Shown here in pieces: positions 38,215 through 49,459 of a DNA stretch of 64,000 nucleotides; within the stretch, counting starts at the first letter, position 1; every line of letters begins with the position of its first letter. The stretch is from the human T2T-CHM13v2.0 reference genome, Homo sapiens, in assembly GCF_009914755.1 (NCBI RefSeq), contig NC_060933.1; one strand, given 5' to 3'. A program made the translations under genes and the position numbers. The notes under the pieces are model-generated. The model did no database searches. It had not been told where the DNA came from and saw only the letters and a list, made by a program, of their open reading frames with translations.

Positions 38215-39030
38215 CTGTGTCATCCAAGTTATCTTGCCTGCAGCTTTCAGTTGGGTTCTGCTAAAGAGAGGCCCTGGTGGTAGATCAGTGGGCAGGTAAG
38301 GGAGAGATAGGTCAGGGTATTTATTATCCTCCCTCCATCCCTGCTGACCTGTGGCCTCAACAGTGGGTGAGGGGGTCCTATGGCCAGTCTCTATAAGGGA
38401 GTTCCTCTTTCTCAAATCAATGTTCCCTTTCCTGGCTCCTTCAGGATGGCAAGAGCTTCCTCTTGTAATGAGAAGTCTGATTCCTTGTTTTGATGTTTGA
38501 CTATAAACAGCTTTTAAGTCTCACCACCTCCCTCTTCACCACCACCACCACTGTGCCCCATATCTGGGCAATCTGGTAGGAATGACTGGACGCTCCCTCC
38601 TTTGGTGTTGGCTGAGGATTCTAACCATGAAAGTCCTGCCTGAGTGTGGAAACTCTCACTCTGGCCCCACTCTCGTGCCACAGTAAAAACCCACACCAGT
38701 CTCTTTTCCTGGCTCTCTAGTCATTCTGGAATTGTGTGAGAAGCCTGCTCTGCTCCCTAGAAATTTCACTTATATAACTAATAAGCCTCTTCCTACCCTC
38801 TTGGTGTGTGTGTACCATCATTAGTTTCAATATCCAAACCAAATTTGGGGTGGGGATCTCTCCTGCTTTTACAATGACCAAAATACCCCTGATGCCAGCC
38901 TGCAATGCCTCATTGCCCCGGGTCCATTCCCTTAGCCCTGCCCACACCCTTCATTAAATGCTCTACTGTTACCTCTTCTGAGTATGTTCAGAAGGGAGCT
39001 ATCTGTTTCCTGCCAGGACCCTGACTGATG
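38215..39030. mobile_element. LTR33/LTR16-like ERVL LTR split by a second LTR
   Basis: ctttcagttgggttctgctaaagagaggccctggtggtagatcag...ggtcagggtatttatt. Resumes after about 38880 and ends tctgtttcctgccaggaccctgactgat. Confidence 0.55.
38465..38873 (+). mobile_element. ERVL LTR (MER54/MER73/MER74-like)
   Basis: 3' end aataagcctcttcctaccctcttggtgtgtgtgtaccatcattagtttcaatatccaaaccaaatttggggtgggg...ttaca. Confidence 0.65.
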
Positions 39031-40279
39031 TAACACCGAAGGTCCATGTGTACGTTCATTCATGAAGCATCTGTTAATCACCTACTTATACAAGTTATAC
39101 TGTGTCTGAGGGGAGTGTGTAGTGAAGGAAGGCTTTACAGAAAGAGAAATAAAACAAATACTTTACACACATTATCTCATTTCGTTCTCTCAACAGCCCT
39201 GCAAATTGGCATCATTAGTCCCATTCTATAAGTAAAACAAAGCGCAGAAGAAATATGAAAATTGTTCAAGGTAACACAGCATCTTTATGGTGGAAGGGAG
39301 GTAAGAATCTAGGACTAACTCCATTCTAACCTCCCGCCTCCCTTTATGGAGACACAAGCACCCGTGATTGCAGTACAGAGGAGAACATGTATGAAATGCC
39401 AGCAGAACATGCTGTGAAAGATCAGCAGATAGAGAGGACATTTTTGGTTACAGTTAAGGGCCTCAGAGAAGGTGGCATATTTAATAGGCTTAAAAGTATG
39501 GGTAGGATTTGAAGATACAGAGATTAGGAGGAGTCAAAAGGGGATAAGGCTACATAAAACAGGTCTGTTATCAGTGCCCAGGACATGATGTAGAGAGGTG
39601 GGACAGGTAAGTTGAACCTTGGCATTAAAGACCTCGTATCACCAGCCATCTCTCCTTATTTCATGCAGTCATGCCTCAGCCACCGGCAGACATCTATCTT
39701 TTCTCTTGACCTACTAGGATTGTGTAGTGCATAGGAATTCTTTATGGAATCTCAGTTTCCTCATCCGCAAGCGTGGGCTGTTTTGTTTTGTATCCACCTG
39801 TCTAAACGTGGATTAAATCCATTAGTAGCATGATAGTTTGGAATGGTTCCTAATAGTTAACATTTTCTGAGTCATATTCACAGTAACTGACATCTTGTTT
39901 TCTCTATCCCCCTCTACTAGCCTTTAAGCCATGTGATTGAAGATGGCATGACCCACATATATTCCCTCTACAACACCCCACAGAGTAGGCATCCAATAAT
40001 TTCAGAAGAGTAAATTCATGTGGTCCAGCTTCCCCCTCTGATAACTTAGAAAATTCAAGACCAGGGAGATAGTGACTTGTTCAAGGTCTTAGCCAAGCCG
40101 ATTAATATCTCTACCCAAGCATCAACCCAATAAAGACCAACTCTTAGAACTCATCATGAAGGGCTTGTTTTTCAAGCATTGGGCTACATTTTGCCAACCT
40201 CTGTTTGCCACTGCAGATGTAAGGTTAAAGAAAGAAATGGGCCAGGTGAGTCTTTCTGTGAGCAAAGAAAAATATGAGC

Positions 40280-40460
40280 CTTTTGAACTTGCCTGAATTA
40301 TCTGACAAGTTTAATCAAGTATGAAATAAAAAGCAGGCATGATTTACTTAGTTTTCCAAAATGCAGTTGATGAGGTACCCCACGAAAGATTATTGAGGAA
40401 GATAAATAGCTGAAGAGCGGGGTTTAAAATGAAGTTGTGGCATAGGAGGCAAGTGAGGCT
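40280..40460 (+). mobile_element. CR1/L3-family ORF2 (reverse transcriptase) relic
   Basis: 40342-40404 translates IYLVFQNAVDEVPHERLLRKI, compared with the CR1 RT motif IYLDFQKAFDKVPHERLLRKL. NLPELSDKF lies upstream and LK*SCGIGGK downstream. Confidence 0.8.
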
Positions 40461-40660
40461 CAGGACTCAAAGGTCTGGCAGCTATAGAAATGAAGAGATG
40501 CTAGTTTATAACCCTGAGAAAAGCATCCTATGCTTATAGAAGCATCTGGGCTTAAACTTAAGTTACGAAGTCTATCAGGAACCATGGACGTCCACACTGC
40601 ATTCTATAATGAGACACAATAAATAAGAAAAGAGGCACATTAAGTAAATAAAAAAGAAAA

Positions 40661-40780
40661 GAGCCAGGCATGGTGGCTCATGCCTGTAATCCCAGCACTT
40701 TGGAAGGCCAAGGTGGGTGGATCACTTGAGCTCAGGAGTTTGAGACTAGCCTAGGCAACATAGTGAGACTCCATCTCTAC

Positions 40781-40833
<53 letters not shown>

Positions 40834-41000
40834 AGCCATGCATTATGGCATGCACCCGTAGTTCCAGCTACTCAGGAGGCTGGGAAAGGATTGCTTGAAC
40901 CCTGGAGGTAGAGGTTGCAGTAAGCCAACATCACTTCACTGCACTCCAGCCTGGGCACTGGAGCAAAACCCTGTCTCAGACAAAAACAAACAAACAAAAA
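40661..41000 (+). mobile_element. AluJ-like element with (CA)~24 in the central linker
   Basis: cacttgagctcaggagtttgagactagcctaggcaacatagtgagac and ggattgcttgaacc are J-type features. CA run at 40782-40830. Confidence 0.92.
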
Positions 41001-41014
41001 CAAAAACAACAAAA

Positions 41015-41200
41015 AAAAGAAAAAATGAAGGGAAGGAAGGAAGGAAGGAAGGAAAAAGAAAGCAAGAAAGAAAGAGAGAGAGAAACAGAGAGAAAAAAAG
41101 ACAGAAAGAAAGAAAGAAATAGAAAGAAAAAGAAAGAAAGAAAGAGAAAGAAAGAAAGAAAGAAAGAGAGAAAAGAAAAGAAAAGAGAAAGAAAGAAAGA
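41015..41200. repeat. Purine-rich (GGAA)/(GAAA)/(GA) compound microsatellite
   Basis: Almost pyrimidine-free tract extending the Alu tail. Confidence 0.93.
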
Positions 41201-41234
41201 ATTAGAGTATGCTTCAATTACAACTTCCACATCT

Positions 41235-41545
41235 CAGGTTTCACTCATGCTATATGTTCATTCCAGGTTGGCAGGGTGTCTCAGCTCGTCATTGTCTCAA
41301 AATGACCCAGGCTGATGGGGCAGACAATATCTGAAACATTGCCAAACTCCATGTGAGAGGGAAAAAAGAAAGGGCTCTGGAGAGCCCTTCCTTGACAGGT
41401 AAATGCTCTGGTCCATGAGTGGCATTCACCACTTCCACTCACAGTTATGTGAGCCATCCCAGTAAAAATAGACCAGGAAGTGCAACCCAAGCGTGTACCC
41501 ATAAAGGAGAGGAATCAGAAATATTTGACAAAGCAATGCTAACAG
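41235..41545 (-). mobile_element. MLT1K-like LTR
   Basis: gacccaggctgatggggcag, aaatgctctggtccatgagtggcattcaccacttccactcaca, ggagaggaatcagaaatatttg. Confidence 0.68.
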
Positions 41546-41869
41546 TTTGGCCAACAGATCCTCCCATGAAAGTCCACAATGTTCTGATGATGTGGCGAGG
41601 CCCCAGGAGCATCTGAGCTTTGCCAAGGGTGAAGGCAGCTTGTATTGGACAGTGGAAATGCACTGGCCTAGGGGTTTGGAGGTATCTTAGGCAGGCCACT
41701 TCTCTTATTGCTGTTTGTAGGTGATGCTCTATGAGCTCCTTCCCAGCTCTTTCCAAGGAGCAGATTCACCATTGCAGAATGTGACAAGTTAACATAGCAT
41801 TCTGTTTGTTCTGCGCTCCTGACACATTACATAACTCATCCTGATCTGCCATTATCCAAGGCCTCTGTT

Positions 41870-41985
41870 CGTTTCCCCTTGTAAACTCCTTGAGGGCAGA
41901 GGCCTTGTCTCACTCATCTTGCAAAACCTAGCACCGCTGCTACATACTGGAGGCACTCACTGTGTGTTTATTGAATAAATACACA
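41870..41985 (+). mobile_element. L2 3' terminus
   Basis: tgtaaactccttgagggcagaggccttgtctcactcatctt...tgtttattgaataaat. Confidence 0.78.
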
Positions 41986-42139
41986 GATAAAGATTTCCAA
42001 AACCGATGACTTTCAGGAGTCAAGCCAGTCAGCTCAGTAGATGTCCCAATTAATACACTCAATGATCATGCTGACAATGGCAATGACAAGCTGACAATGT
42101 TAATGATAAATATTAATAATTTAATAAGTAATATTAAAC

Positions 42140-42350
42140 TATATAGGGCACTTTCCAATGTACAGATCCCTTTTACCTCTATTCTCTCCTTTGATGCTCT
42201 CATCAACCCTGTGTGGGAAGCAGAGCAGAAATTGGCATCCCTGTTTTATACAGAAGGGAAGTGAGGTCCCAAAAGGTTAATGGGACTTTCTCCAAGATTA
42301 CCCAGCTCATCAATGTAGATCTGGGACAAAAATTTAAATCTTTTCATTCC
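42140..42350 (-). mobile_element. MIR SINE
   Basis: ccctgttttatacagaagggaagtgaggtcccaaaaggttaatgggactttctccaag. Confidence 0.75.
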
Positions 42351-42609
42351 CTGACCATGATCTTTTCATAAGAAATCCCCCCTCTCTCTAACTCCTCTGA
42401 GAACACAGGAATGAGCCCTTATTGTACTATGAGTACCCAATTTTTCCTGCATCTTCCTGATTAGACTCCTGAGCCATCTCATGACCTCAGTATTGGTGTC
42501 TGAGCTCCTGCACCCTCCAAGGCTGCCCACTGTGCCGCCCTGCTCCAGCAACTGTAGCTCTCTGGAAACACCTGCTCTGAACCACAAATAGCGTCTACTT
42601 CATCTTCTC

Positions 42610-42901
42610 TTTTTTTTTTCTGAGACGCAGTCTCACTCTGTCTCCCAGGCTGGAGCACGGTGGCATGATCTCATCTCACTGCAACCTCCGCCTCCTGGGT
42701 TCAAGTGATTCTCCTGCCTCAGCCTCCTGAGTAGCTGGGACTACAGGTGCACACCACTACACTCAGCTAATTTTTGTATTTTTAGTAGAGACAGGGTTTC
42801 ACCATGTTGGTCAGGCTGATCTTGAACTCCTGACCTTGTGATCCACCTACCTCAGCCTCTCAAAGTTCTGGGATTACAAGTGTGAGCCACCGTACCTGGC
42901 C
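42610..42901 (-). mobile_element. AluS (Sg/Sc-like), full length
   Basis: Reverse dimeric Alu with tgaccttgtgatcc. Core catcttct is duplicated at both ends (acttcatcttct / attccatcttct). Confidence 0.95.
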
Positions 42902-43159
42902 ATTCCATCTTCTTTTTCAGTGAGCACTCTACTAAGGACATTCTCACAGCAGAATAGAGGCTGTCTTACATAGACTTGCTATTTCCCCATTTTGTGTGCT
43001 GTTTTGTGGCAACAATAGTCAACAGAAGTGAACTACAACAAAAACAAGGCATACTATTGTGCAGGATTCTCTCAGTGATTCCTTGTAACAGCAAGGCCAC
43101 CCACTTCACAGGTGGCAAGCTTGAAGTCTATAGCAATTAAGTGACAGAAAAGGGAGTAC

Positions 43160-43390
43160 AGTGATGAGTGGGGAGCATGAGCTATGGAGCAACAGCCAGA
43201 CCTGTGCTCTCATGCTGGCTCTGCCACTTACCAGCTCTGTGACCATTTGCTATTTACTAATACCTGTATACTTCAAATGCGTTTTCTGTAAAGAAGGGAC
43301 ATTTTCATGATCCTCTGGGGGTCATGGTAAAGAGAAGGGTGTGTGTGTGTGTGAAGCTTTTGCAGAAGTCCCTGCTCATGGTAAACATTG
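43160..43390 (+). mobile_element. MIR SINE
   Basis: gctggctctgccacttaccagctctgtgacc. Confidence 0.72.
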
Positions 43391-43654
43391 AACATATGAG
43401 TTCCTTCTTCATTGTCTGCCTTCCCTTCAGACGGTAAGCTCCTAACAGGTAAGGTGCTCTGTCTGTGGTCACAGCTGCCTCCCTAGGGTCTAATACAGTT
43501 CCTGAGCTAGGATGGATGCTTTCTAAACTCTTGTAATTATTATGTGACTTAATCAGGTTTGCAGAGATATTTATCTATAAAATCACTGAGGCTTTTGCTT
43601 CTCAGACATATAGAACTTGGCTACCTCTAACCCAGTGTTATTTTTAGCTTCAGT

Positions 43655-43830
43655 TAGAATCATAGAAACCTGGAGGAAGGAGGGACTTTAGGTCAGCCCC
43701 TGTTCATTTGCACGAGTTACCTCTGCAATGCCCTATCTTATTATCATATGAGTTCTGTACAATATTTCACTCCATGGTATGGAGTATGTGCTCTTTTCAC
43801 AAACAACTTCCACTTGCAGCTCCTTAGTTT
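43655..43830 (-). mobile_element. L3/MIR3-type 3' end
   Basis: ttagaatcatagaaacctggaggaaggagggactttaggtca resembles the reverse L3/MIR3 terminus. Confidence 0.45.
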
Positions 43831-44091
43831 CTTGCTTGTAAATAGAATGCCAATCCCAGGTCCCAGCCTGACCACCAGAAAAGTGAGCTTGAATAGAAGA
43901 TGATGTTCTGGAAGCTAACGATCCGCAAGTCAGCAGACTTTAAGCAGCAACTAAGGATAAGGGATTCAAAAAACTAGTGTAATGTTTATGTAGCAATTCT
44001 TCATCACCCTTGAAAAGGCACAGCAACAAAAATAGCTTCCAGGGATCTAGAAGTCTTATCAAATAGGGGGGTTTTGGAAATATACCAGTGG

Positions 44092-44134
44092 GTGTGCATG
44101 CACATGCGCACACATGTGCATGCACACACACACA
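44092..44134. repeat. Alternating purine-pyrimidine tract with a perfect 15-bp inverted repeat
   Basis: gtgtgcatgcacatg-cgcaca-catgtgcatgcacac. Confidence 0.9.
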
Positions 44135-45164
44135 TTCACAATTTAATCTTATACTCAATACAAACAAAAGAAGTTATCCATTGGAACAAAAACACAAAAA
44201 GAATGTTCCAGAAACATTGCCATGGTATTGAAATTGAAGAAAATGATCATACCCATTTTCCATTACAAAATCTGTATCTAATTTTAAAGTTTAAAGAACA
44301 AACGAATCTGCTGTGTTTGAGTAGGATAAGCATAGAATTATACTTTCCATCTCCCTTCTTAATTTTTGCAATGTGTGTAACAGGTGAGTTTTTCCATTAT
44401 CATTGAGTTAACACACAGGGGTGAGAGACAGTATCCTAATCTTGTACTGAAAGGTGAAGGTAAACAACTTTCTTTTTTTCTATACTATTCGTCAGAACTC
44501 CCTTAGTTTCCAGGGGACCAGAATAACAATTGTCATGTGCTGTTTAGAAGAACTGATCTGAAAAACTCATATATAAAAATAACATACATTTTTAACATGT
44601 TGGTTTATAAATATAAAAATCCCATTATCACAAAGCCACAGTTGGCCAAGTCCCCACTGACAAAGGATTACTGTGCCTTTAACACAGTATGAAGAACAAT
44701 CATTTATAAGCTTAAGGAACGCCCTGAACCTTGATTGCAGGTGTTGGCACAGAATAGTTCTGCTTGAACTTAGGTCAAGTAAAACGGGGTAAATTGATCT
44801 AAATCATCATTTACTTAAGGGAAACTAAAGTGTTGCTAATGAAGATAGAAAATCTTACAACAAACACAAGATAATACTTGCCAACAAAAGCACAGGCCAG
44901 CCTGGATTAACAAATTCTCTAAGTGTTTTTCCCCATCATGGCTATTTGTTAAACCTGGAAGAGTGCTATTCAAATGCAAAGCTCTTCTACTTGTTGTTAA
45001 TTATATTATTTTCTTTTTCTAGGCACCAGTGATCCTGATTGCTCTTGGAACCTCTTGGGAAATAAGCCTCCATGTAACATGATTATAATGATTCATTATA
45101 TTTGGGTAGGTTTTGTAGCTTAAAAGTGCTTTTCCATCTATTTTTAATATTATCATTATTAATA

Positions 45165-45365
45165 ATAATAGCTACCATTTATTGTGTGCTTTTCAGGGGC
45201 CAGGCACCATTCAGTGAACAGCAAACACAGTATCTCTACTCTTTACGATAACCCTGCAAGGAGGTTGCAATACCCATTTCATATGGTAGAAAACTGAGGC
45301 TCCTACAGGTCAAATAGCCTGCCCAAGATCATATAGACCCTGCCTGCCTGACCCCACAATCCAGG
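45165..45365 (-). mobile_element. MIR SINE
   Basis: aatagctaccatttattgtgtgc...aaaactgaggctcctacaggtcaaatagcctgcccaagatc. Confidence 0.78.
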
Positions 45366-46537
45366 CCATTTTTGCTTTAAGTATGACATATTATATGATC
45401 TTAAAGTCATCTGTCTACTATCTATTATCTGTCATTCTTTTAGACTAAACACTCTTTGAAGGCAGAAACTATATCCTGTTCAGAGTCATAATCTCACTAC
45501 CAAGCACAGTCCCTGGGACACTGTAGGCACTTGATGAATACTTGCTAAAAGAATAAATGAACACATGAGTAAGTGAGTGAAGTCTTATAGGTTCTTCTAC
45601 TGAGGCAGGAAGATCATTTGGTACTTTTCCTGTTAATAAACTGGGATGCAGAGGCTTTAACAAGAGAATTGATTTCCCTAAGGGCACACACTGTTAAGCA
45701 TTAGAGGAGGAACCCCATCCACACCCTTCTAACTTCTGGTCTTTTGGGGATTCCACAGGCCCAGGTTGCCTCTTTATTACATTAAAAAAAAATTCATATT
45801 TGTCATGGCACGCTAGTTAACAAGCGATGAGCGGGAAGCTACAGGTTGGCCCTAAGTCCAGGTATATTACCCACCTCCCTCCACACTGCCACCCTTCTAT
45901 TAACCCCGCTTGGAAGCCCATGAATGATTATGAATATAAATGTGAAGGCTCCTCCTTTGAGGTAGATGAGGGCGGGGAAAGAGAAGATGGAGAACAGACA
46001 ATTCAGACAGCCAAATTCAATTTGAGGGAATTTGGTTCAGTGCTTTCCATTAACAACACTCAACGAAAAATATAATTCCCAGGACAAAAGAAGAAAAGGG
46101 AAAAAACAACAAAAAACAAAAGCAACTTTTCATCATGCACAGTCAATGGAAAACAAATCAATCACCCTGTTTCTCCCTGGCCCAGCAATGCCTCGGTGAA
46201 CACCAAAGGCACACGGCCTCTAAGCTGTTGTTGAGTCCTCAGGGTGGTACTGGGAGAAAGAAGTATCTGAAAAAGAAATAGATGGCCAAAAATGTCATCC
46301 ATGTTCTAGCCTTCTTCAATCTTCCAAAGAACATGTTACAGTTTAGAAAGCACTTTACCTAATTCAGTCATCTGATACTCACAAAACCTTTTTAAAGTAG
46401 GTACTATTATAGCTCCTATTTTATTAAATATAAACAAGAAAATGAGTCAGAGTAATTAAGTAATCTGCTTAAGATCAGGCAGCTAATAAGTGTCCAGAAA
46501 TTAAATTCAGGTTCCTTTAACCCCCACATGTCAAACT

Positions 46538-46702
46538 CTTTTTTTCCCCCTAGAGACAGAGTCTTGCTCTGTTGGCCAGGCTGGAGTGCAGTGATGAAAT
46601 CATAGCTCTCTCAATGCAGCCTCACACTCCTGAGATCAAGTCATCCTCCCACCTCTGCCTCCTAAGTAGCTGGGATACAGGCATGAGCCACAACTCCTGG
46701 CC
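46538..46702 (-). mobile_element. Monomeric Alu (FRAM/AluJ-like)
   Basis: gagacagagtcttgctctgttggccaggctggagtgcagtg...caggcatgagccacaactcctggcc. About 165 bp. Confidence 0.88.
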
Positions 46703-46714
46703 TAAGCTTAAATT

Positions 46715-47098
46715 CTACATTATCAAATGCCCCCAACAATCCCAAGGGAGGGCAAAAACTAAACCCAGTTGGATGTCCCTACATTATTAAATAACCACAA
46801 CAATCTGAAGGGAAGGCCAAGACTAAATCCAGTTGGATGTCCCTACCTTATCAAATACCCCCAACAGTCCCAAAGAAGGGCCAAAATTAAACCCAGCTGG
46901 ATGTCCCTACTTCATCATATACCCAAAACAATCCCAACAGAGTGCCAAGACTAAACCTAGCTGGATGTCCCTACATTATCAAATACCCATAACAATCCTA
47001 AGGGAGGGCCAAGAGTAAACCCAGCTGGATGTCCCTACATTATCAAATACCCATAACAATCCCGAGGGAAGGCCAAGACTAAATCCAGTTGGACATTC
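46715..47098. repeat. Minisatellite, 6 x 64 bp
   Basis: Units start at 46715, 46779, 46843, 46907, 46971 and 47035. Consensus ctacattatcaaatacccaYaacaatcccaagggagggccaagactaaacccagYtggatgtcc. Confidence 0.97.
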
Positions 47099-47344
47099 CG
47101 CACACAACTGGGGATTTTTCATTCCAAGTCAAACTCATCCCAACATAAAAACTAAAAGGGTCTATATATTTTTAATATGGTAACATCCCTCCCTGCCTTG
47201 CCTCCCTAATCCAAGCAAAACTTGAACAAAAATAGCAAGGCCTCAAATTCTCGTAGTGCTATTCCTGTAAAGTGTCCTTTCACCTGCTGACAGCCAGTTG
47301 GGGAGCAATGTTTCCAAGGAATGTTTCCAAGGAAGTTAAAAACA

Positions 47345-47560
47345 CAAACTTAGGAGCTGGATAACGTGGATTTGAATCCCATCTTCCCCCCAATAGTTGT
47401 GTGACCTTCAGCAAGGCTCAGAATCTCCTTGTGCCTCAATTTCTTGATCTGTAAAGTCAGAATAGAGTCACATCTCATCTCATAGGGTTGTCGTGAGGAT
47501 TAATAATACCTGAAGCACTTAGTGTCTGAAAGATGGAAAGCATTTCATAAAATTGTTATT
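47345..47560 (+). mobile_element. MIR SINE
   Basis: ggatttgaatccc...gtgtgaccttcagcaag...gtgcctcaatttcttgatctgtaaa...ctcatagggttgtcgtgaggattaa. Confidence 0.85.
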
Positions 47561-48284
47561 ATTGCTAGGTGTCAAAGCACTGATGGATCATCAGTGGATT
47601 TAGGATGCTAAATTAAGGAGGCTCCTGTAGAGTGTAATTTTCTCATTCTACAGAGGAAATAACTGAGACTCAGAGAGAAGAAACCCCACCCGCCACCTTT
47701 CACACAGGTTCATTCAGAGAGCCAGTGATGATCTCCTACACCCAGGCAGGGCTCTTCGTCTGCCTTGCATACCTGTCTCAAAGTTCTTGCATTTCAGGAG
47801 CATTCACCCGAAAGGAGCTTCCCTTCTCTCATTTGTGAGAAGTGGTAGACTGGTCCTAACTGAGTAGGGTTTGCAGGGAATCTTTAACACTACTTGGCAA
47901 AGTAGATACTGATATTTCTAGTGCCTTGTTGAGCATCCTCAATATAGAAGCTGTAAGAGGCCCGACTGCAGTCCCCGAGGCCAGTGTGTGCACATTAGCA
48001 TCCAGTCAATGCAATGACTCAAAGGGTGATTATGTCCTTGGCACATTAGCCCTGCACCTGCCTCTTCCTCTCTCTTTCCAATGCCCTTTGATCATTTACT
48101 GGCTCATTGAATCTTCCCCCAGAGGGTGAAGAAGGAAGAAGGAGCCTAAGTCAATGATCAGTCAGATATTGGTACTAGTTAGCAAGTCTTACCAAACCTT
48201 CTGATGCAATGGCTAGATCTGCACTCCTGGACCCCATTCATATGGCCATTTGAGAGGTGAGGGATGTTTCCATAATCACAAGCT

Positions 48285-48500
48285 AGAATCCTGAATTGGA
48301 AGGCTTCAAATGCTAATGCTGCTGCCTATTAGCTATGTATATTTAGGTAACTCACTTCATCTCACTGAGCCTCAGTTTCCTTTCATCTGCAAACTGGATA
48401 TAATAACAGTACGTAATTCAAAATGTTACAAGAATTAAATGAGATGATAAATACAAAGCATACAATACAATAAAATGCCTGGCACATAGCAGGTTCTGAA
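48285..48500 (+). mobile_element. MIR SINE
   Basis: ctgagcctcagtttcctttcatctgcaaa...gaattaaatgagatgata...tgcctggcacatag. Confidence 0.85.
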
Positions 48501-49459
48501 TACATGATATTGAATTAATTTTATCTATTATTAATAGATTTAAAAATTTTTAAATATGTTCTGGCTAATCTGTGCACCAAACCCTTAGGGTTTGCAGCTT
48601 GTCACTTTTTCCCTGCTAACCCCTGGATGGTGTTGGCTGCAGGGAGGAATCCTTTGCAAATTCCTCAAGCAGATTCTTGTTTGTAAGCACATTGGAACAA
48701 AGAGGAACAAAATAAAAACTTGGATTTGGAACCGGAATATTTCTACTTGATTCTCGTGGTTCTAACACTTCTTAGATGTAGCATCATGTCTGGTAAGTCA
48801 CTGAACTTCTCTGAGACTCAGTTTTCTCATTTCTACATTGGGGATGATGGTGCTCCCTGATCTGCCACCTGAAAGTGAGCATGGGGCAAGGTTCATTGCT
48901 GTCATTCGCATCATTGTTATTAGAGGAACACACTCATTATTATTGAGGGCTAAGTATGAGCCACGCATTTAAAATTTATCTAATTTTATGCCCATACTGA
49001 AAAGTCAGTGTTAATTATTCCATTTACAGATGCAGAAATTATGGCTTATAAACAAACTCCTTAAAAGACTTCTATAGATTTTTGTGATACCCATCTGCTT
49101 AAACTCCGTTAAGTCTTGCTTGTGTTCCACTGGCTGCTAAGATGCTTTTTAATGACATTTTATTATTTGTTATTTGAGAACATGTTTATCTGTGTGAGGT
49201 GCTCAAGCCAAGGAAAGGGTTATCTTTATTTTGGCTTCCCTGGTACCACCCAGGGTGCCTTGTATTTAACAGATACCAGTAAACTATTATCCATTGTAGT
49301 AGAAAACTTCAAGGTCAAACTAAGGGATGCAGACCAGTGAAATATGCTCTTGTAATGTGAGGAACATCCATTCAGAAAGGCCTCTTTTGAAGGGGAAATG
49401 TGATTATAGAGATGCAGAGATTATCAAGAGTTCATAGAAGGAACCCAGGTGGGAAATCA

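Noticed and set aside
40895-41315. Lys/Arg/Glu-rich and Phe/Leu/Ser-rich ORFs
   Set aside because: Translations of the purine-rich microsatellite.
41370-41389. 9-bp palindrome aagggctct-gg-agagccctt
   Set aside because: Short, inside an MLT1 LTR, and expected by chance.
46715-47098. CRISPR-like array (regular period with an invariant core)
   Set aside because: The would-be spacers are homologous to each other along their whole length, there are no cas genes, and the context is primate DNA. It is a minisatellite.
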